From positions 313 through 64,312 of the forward strand of contig JAZUIS010000036.1 of the NCBI GenBank assembly GCA_045642345.1: 64,000 nucleotides of DNA, given 5' to 3'. Source of the DNA: Lachnospiraceae bacterium (GTDB taxonomy: Bacteria; Bacillota; Clostridia; Lachnospirales; Lachnospiraceae). A model generated the notes under the pieces. It saw nothing but the letters and a program-made list of their open reading frames with translations. It was not told the origin of the DNA and did not search any database. This document shows positions 59,289-64,000 of this stretch, piece by piece. The number at the start of each line of letters is the position of its first letter. Positions within the stretch are counted from its first letter, which is position 1. The translations under genes and the position numbers were made by a program.

Positions 59289-60218
59289 ATGAAATTATTA
59301 ACAGCGGTAGTACCTTGTTACAATGAACAGGATAATGTTAAAGACTTTTATGACGAATTCATTAAGAATGAAGAGTTCTTTAAATCCAAAGATATAGAGT
59401 TTGAGCTGCTTTTTGTTGATGACGGGTCACAGGATAATACTGTTGACAATGTAAAAGAGTTACGTAAGAGTGATTCAAGAGTTCATCTTATATCTTTTTC
59501 CCGTAATTTCGGAAAAGAAGCAGCAATCTATGCCGGATTACAGAAATCAAAGGGCGATTATGTTGTTTTCCTGGATGCCGATTTGCAGGATCCCCCGTCG
59601 CTTTTGCCTTCCATGTTCGGATATTTGGAGGAAGGCTACGATTCTGTTGCCACAAGAAGAGTTTCACGTAAGGGAGAACCCATTATCAGGAGCTTTTTTG
59701 CCAGACGCTTTTATAAAATAATGCGTAAATTGTCAAAGACGGATATTGTTGACGGTGCAAGAGACTATCGGCTTATGACCCGTAAGTATGTGGATGCCGT
59801 TTTAAATATGCCGGAGTATAACAGATTTACGAAGGGTATTTTCGGATGGGTCGGTTTTGAAACCAAGTGGATTGAATTTGAGAATGTTGAACGAAAGAAG
59901 GGAGAGACCAAATGGTCCTTCTGGAAATTGTTTGTTTATTCACTTGAAGGAATCACATCATTTACCACAGCACCTCTTGCTTTTGCGGCTTTTGCAGGAA
60001 TTTTCTTTTGTGTAATAGCGTTTATTGCAATTATTTTTGTATTTGTAAGGGCAATGATTTACGGTGATCCCACGTCGGGCTGGCCTTCAATGGTATGTAT
60101 TATTTTGTTCGTATCGGGTATTCAACTGTTCTGTTTGGGAATTGTGGGACAATATTTGTCAAAGACATACCTGGAAGTTAAGAACAGACCTATTTACATT
60201 GTTAAAGAGGAAGAATAA
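59289..60218 (+). CDS. GT2 glycosyltransferase, polyprenyl-phosphate sugar transferase type (GtrB/DPM1-like)
   Basis: VVPCYNE..N, VDDGS.D, LDADLQDPP, and two C-terminal TM helices. Alternative starts lie at 59271 and 59274. Confidence 0.8.
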   Translation: MKLLTAVVPCYNEQDNVKDFYDEFIKNEEFFKSKDIEFELLFVDDGSQDNTVDNVKELRKSDSRVHLISFSRNFGKEAAIYAGLQKSKGDYVVFLDADLQDPPSLLPSMFGYLEEGYDSVATRRVSRKGEPIIRSFFARRFYKIMRKLSKTDIVDGARDYRLMTRKYVDAVLNMPEYNRFTKGIFGWVGFETKWIEFENVERKKGETKWSFWKLFVYSLEGITSFTTAPLAFAAFAGIFFCVIAFIAIIFVFVRAMIYGDPTSGWPSMVCIILFVSGIQLFCLGIVGQYLSKTYLEVKNRPIYIVKEEE

Positions 60219-60973
60219 TGGACCGAAATTCCATGATAAGCATTATTGTTCCGGTTTATAATGCTGCAAAATATATAAAGGATACGATTGATTCTGTTCT
60301 TTTACAGGATTATGAGAATTTTGAAGTAATTCTTGTTAATGACTGTTCTACGGATGAAAGCATTAAGATAATTGATTCTTATCGCAAAGATCCAAGAATT
60401 CGCCTTATTAGCAATACTTCAAATCAGGGAGCTGCCGCTTCAAGGAATATCGGAATAAGTGAAGCAAACGGCGATTTTATAACATTTCTTGATTCGGATG
60501 ATGTTTGGGATAGTCACAAACTTTCGAAAGAACTTACGTTTATGAAAAGTAAGGATATTGCCTTTGCTTTTACTTCCTATGAATTCGGAGACGAGAATGC
60601 CAAAGGAACAGGCAAATATGTTAATGTTCCTGCACAATTAACCTATAAGGAAGCACTGTCACGAACGGTGATTTTTACATCAACGGTTATGTTTGATATG
60701 TCAAAACTAACCAAAGATGATATTAAGATGCCGCTTGTTGCCTCGGAAGATACGGCAACCTGGTGGAAATTGCTGCGAAACGGTCATACAGCTTACGGAC
60801 TTAATGAAAGCCTGGTAATTTACAGACGTCCGTCAGCTTCCCTTTCATCAAACAAAATCGTGGCAATAAAACGAATATGGAATTTATATCGTAATGTTGA
60901 GAAACTTAATTTGGTACAAAGCATATACAATTTGTGCTTCTGGGCGATAAGAGCAACATTACGAAGAATATAG
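60218..60973 (+). CDS. Glycosyltransferase family 2
   Basis: SIIVPVYNA, VNDCSTDES and FLDSDD (DxD) motifs. Confidence 0.82.
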   Translation: MDRNSMISIIVPVYNAAKYIKDTIDSVLLQDYENFEVILVNDCSTDESIKIIDSYRKDPRIRLISNTSNQGAAASRNIGISEANGDFITFLDSDDVWDSHKLSKELTFMKSKDIAFAFTSYEFGDENAKGTGKYVNVPAQLTYKEALSRTVIFTSTVMFDMSKLTKDDIKMPLVASEDTATWWKLLRNGHTAYGLNESLVIYRRPSASLSSNKIVAIKRIWNLYRNVEKLNLVQSIYNLCFWAIRATLRRI

Positions 60974-60988
60974 ATATGGGAGATAAAT

Positions 60989-62392
60989 GTGAATAACAGA
61001 TCATCTTTAAACCGTATAGTATGCCTGGGACTTAACCTTCTGGGACTTTTGCTTGATACGGCGATTTATGCATATTATTGGTTCGTAACTTATTACCCGA
61101 GAATCAATCACAGTAACTTGGGTCTTAAGTTCTATGCAAAAGGACATATTTTGATTCTTGCTGAGTATTTGGTACTGCTTTATTTCTTTACCAGCACTTA
61201 CGGAGGATTGAAGATAGGATACCTTAAGGCTGTGGATATCATTATTTCACAGACGGTTGCGATATTTATAGTAAACGTAATTACATATGTTCAATTGTCC
61301 CTTATGAATAACTGGCTTCTTCCCGGAGGTGATTTTGGAGTAATGACATTACTGCAGATTGCCTTTGGAATTATATATGCGATTATATGTGATGCCATTT
61401 ATCATAAAATATATCCGCCAAGAGACGTATTGCTTATACACGGCGATCGACCTTATGAAGATATAGTAAAAAAATTCAATTCCAGAAAAGACCAGTTCAG
61501 AATTGTTGAAACCGCTCATATAGGGCAGGGAGTCGAGGAAGTATTTAATAAGATAGATGGTCATTATCATACTGTTCTATTATGGGATCTTGATACGTAC
61601 AAAAGAAACAGACTTCTCAAGTTCTGTTATTCAAAATCCGTAAGAGTATATATGATGCCGAAGATTCCGGATGTGTTGATAAGAGGTTCGGATTCGATAC
61701 ATTTGTTTGATACCCCGCTTCTTCTTACGCATGAACATGCCCTGACTGTAGAGCAAAGGTTCATGAAACGTGTACTTGATATTGTTTTTTCAGCACTTTT
61801 GATTGTGATTGCGTCGCCGTTTATGCTTCTTACAGCAATTATAATTAAATGTTATGACGGCGGCCCGGTATTGTACAAGCAGATACGATGCACGGCAGGC
61901 GGTAAAGAATTTAAAATTCTTAAATTCCGAAGCATGAAGGTTGACGCCGAAAAGGATGGCGTGGCAAGGCTGGCTGCCAAGAATGATTCGAGAATTACGC
62001 CTATAGGTAAATTTATACGTGCGGTCAGAATAGATGAACTTCCACAGTTGTTTAATATTTTTGTGGGTCAGATGTCATTTATCGGACCAAGACCCGAGCG
62101 ACCCGAGATAATTGCACAATATCTTGAAAAAATGCCTGAATTTGAGTACAGGATGAAAATGAAGGCAGGACTGGCAGGATATGCGCAGGTTTACGGCAAA
62201 TATAATACGACACCATATGATAAACTTAAACTTGATCTTACTTATATAGAGAACTATTCGATATGGCTTGATTTAAAACTGGTATTGCTGACAATAAAGA
62301 TATTAATAAAACCCGAAAGTACGGAAGGAATAGAAAGTACGCAGACAACAGCATTAAAAACAGAGTCAAAGGCAGAAGAAAATAATGAATAA
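60989..62392 (+). CDS. Polyprenyl glycosylphosphotransferase (WbaP/EpsL-type initiating sugar transferase)
   Basis: N-terminal TM bundle plus a C-terminal bacterial sugar transferase domain (KR..D......L.....P... , KFRSM, DELPQL.N...G.MS.IGPRP). Confidence 0.85.
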   Translation: MNNRSSLNRIVCLGLNLLGLLLDTAIYAYYWFVTYYPRINHSNLGLKFYAKGHILILAEYLVLLYFFTSTYGGLKIGYLKAVDIIISQTVAIFIVNVITYVQLSLMNNWLLPGGDFGVMTLLQIAFGIIYAIICDAIYHKIYPPRDVLLIHGDRPYEDIVKKFNSRKDQFRIVETAHIGQGVEEVFNKIDGHYHTVLLWDLDTYKRNRLLKFCYSKSVRVYMMPKIPDVLIRGSDSIHLFDTPLLLTHEHALTVEQRFMKRVLDIVFSALLIVIASPFMLLTAIIIKCYDGGPVLYKQIRCTAGGKEFKILKFRSMKVDAEKDGVARLAAKNDSRITPIGKFIRAVRIDELPQLFNIFVGQMSFIGPRPERPEIIAQYLEKMPEFEYRMKMKAGLAGYAQVYGKYNTTPYDKLKLDLTYIENYSIWLDLKLVLLTIKILIKPESTEGIESTQTTALKTESKAEENNE

Positions 62393-63527
62393 CAAAGATT
62401 ATCGCAAAGAAGGTTTGGACCTTAAACGTTTTGGGCTGTATCTTCAAAAAAGAATATGGATTATTATCCTACTTACATTGCTGGGAGTCGGAATAGGTGC
62501 TCTCACATATCAATTGGTACGTTCTTTGAAGATGCCGATTCAATATGATGCGACTTCAAAATTGTATATTAACTTTGCAATAGATGAAAGCGGAGAAGTC
62601 TATCAGGCATATAACGGATATACCTGGAATGAACTGCTTGATTCGGATCCTATTATGGAGTGCATTATGCAGTATCTGCCCGGATACAACAGTGCTACGG
62701 TTCGAGAAGCGACTACAGCGTCAATTATTTCAGATATCAGATTGCTTACGGTAAATGTTTCCGGAAATAATGAAAAATTCGTTCGTGAAGTACAGACCGC
62801 AGTTGAAAACGGATTGACGGTATATGCTTCAACGGTTCCCGAAATCAGATCTATTTCAACTATTCGCAGTATTACTCCCGAAAGAGTGTATTGGGAAGAT
62901 AATACGACAACTGCAGCAATTGCAGGCGGTGTTGTACTGGGAATTATTTCGTTAATTGCATATTTGTTCGGATATGTGCTTAATGAGACAATCTGTGTTC
63001 AGTCCGATCTCGAAAAGAGATTTCCCATTAATGCACTCGGTATTATGACCCGTAATCAAAAGGGACTTCAGCCATATAATCAGGAACTTAAAGCTAATCT
63101 TTTGTATACATTGGGAGATAATAAGACACTTGTCTTTATTGATATTGATGACCATGCGGAACTAAGAGCCATGGATTTAGAGAAAATCCTTAACTGGCAG
63201 GAAGGCGGTCAGTTAGGCGGAGAGGATGAAGTCGGCGGAGAACTTGTCTGGCATGTTCGTGAAGAGAATGACGATGATGATTGGTTCGTAGATGTATCTG
63301 ACAGAGAATGGAAGATTTGTCCCATTAATGAGGGAAGCGTCACTGACAAAGAATGTAATATGATAAGAGAAGTCGGTGGTGTTGTAATTCTTGTTCCGTT
63401 TTCGGTTAATAATGCTTCCCGTAAGATGGAGAGAGTACTTTCACTTCTTAAGAATCAGGATTGTAATGTTTATGGTGCTATTATTGCCGAAGCTGATGAG
63501 GAATATCTTAACAGATATTATTCGTAA
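62385..63527 (+). CDS. Wzz/CpsC-like polysaccharide co-polymerase fused to a P-loop-less BY-kinase-like C-terminal domain
   Basis: Two TM helices (residues ~24-44 and ~176-197) bracket a Wzz-like loop. The C-terminal 180 aa have Walker A'-like LVFIDIDD and a VVILVP...YGAII block, but no GxxxxGK[ST]. The tail is YLNRYYS. Confidence 0.55.
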   Translation: MNNKDYRKEGLDLKRFGLYLQKRIWIIILLTLLGVGIGALTYQLVRSLKMPIQYDATSKLYINFAIDESGEVYQAYNGYTWNELLDSDPIMECIMQYLPGYNSATVREATTASIISDIRLLTVNVSGNNEKFVREVQTAVENGLTVYASTVPEIRSISTIRSITPERVYWEDNTTTAAIAGGVVLGIISLIAYLFGYVLNETICVQSDLEKRFPINALGIMTRNQKGLQPYNQELKANLLYTLGDNKTLVFIDIDDHAELRAMDLEKILNWQEGGQLGGEDEVGGELVWHVREENDDDDWFVDVSDREWKICPINEGSVTDKECNMIREVGGVVILVPFSVNNASRKMERVLSLLKNQDCNVYGAIIAEADEEYLNRYYS

Positions 63528-63536
63528 GGAGCAGGT

Positions 63537-64000
63537 ATGACTTTTGAACTTCTTGTAGCAGCAGTAGAAAAGGATATCGAAAAACTTATTGATAAAATGA
63601 GCATTGATTCAAATGCGGTTATAGTTAATCAGTGCGATGAAGATAATCTAAAGCGTATAGTTTTTAGGGATTATGGAATTACGATTGTTAACAGTTCCCA
63701 AAGAGGTGTCGGACTTAGCCGTAATACGGCGTTAGATAACGCAACGGCCGATATCTTATTATTCAGCGACGAAGATATCGTCTATGATAAGGATTATGAA
63801 TCAAAAGTAATAAGTGCATTTAAAAAGTATCCGCAAGCATCGGTGATTACGTTTAATTTTGACGTGGACAGTCGAAGACGTACGTACACCAATACGGAAG
63901 ATCATATAGTTAAATGGAATAACTATGGCAGATATCCGGCATATGCGATTGCAGTAAAGAGAAAGGCTATACTGGATAATAACATACGTTATTCACTTTT
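63537..64000 (+). CDS. Glycosyltransferase family 2-like protein (partial, runs off the window)
   Basis: ATG after aaggag. The frame stays open to the window end. Contains RGVGLSRN and a FSDEDI (DxD-like) motif. Confidence 0.7.
   Translation, partial: MTFELLVAAVEKDIEKLIDKMSIDSNAVIVNQCDEDNLKRIVFRDYGITIVNSSQRGVGLSRNTALDNATADILLFSDEDIVYDKDYESKVISAFKKYPQASVITFNFDVDSRRRTYTNTEDHIVKWNNYGRYPAYAIAVKRKAILDNNIRYSL

Overview
This window reads as ordinary core chromosome from a low-GC, flagellated Firmicute. It looks Clostridia/Lachnospiraceae-like, but that is a judgement from gene content and codon style, not a database hit. It opens with a six-gene tRNA array (Asp-Val-Thr-Tyr-Met-Phe). Most of the rest is + strand housekeeping with clear Bacillus-type synteny: yaaR-holB-yaaT(ricT)-trmN6-like-rsmI, mutS2, ftsEX with an M23 activator and an S41 protease, uvrBA preceded by a Cheo/LexA box, mbl-flhO-flhP-like (mreB, two rod genes, FlgJ-like rod-binding protein), recD2-comFC-yvyF, and cdaA-cdaR. 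The 3' third is a cell-surface glycan region: rfbD, gmd, fcl, three GT2 genes, a priming phosphoglycosyl transferase and a Wzz-like protein. An aconitase-family gene and a zinc-ribbon/TPM pair sit inside that region. I found no transposase, integrase, phage gene, CRISPR array, rRNA or recognisable defence island, so I do not claim a clearly novel system. The best candidates for a second look are: (1) a tightly coupled six-gene minus-strand operon (11213-14894) with a transglutaminase-like lipoprotein, a GspF/PilC platform protein and four small N-terminally anchored proteins, but no ATPase, prepilin peptidase or canonical major pilin; (2) a translationally coupled zinc-ribbon membrane protein and YgcG-like TPM protein; (3) a Wzz-like protein fused to a P-loop-less BY-kinase-like domain; (4) a 5TMR-LYT/HAMP/PP2C sensor phosphatase flanked by two SGNH-like proteins; and (5) a ~180-nt multi-hairpin spacer inside the tRNA array. 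All functional calls come from reading motifs in the translated ORFs. No searches were run, and coordinates of RNA and regulatory features are good to a few nt.
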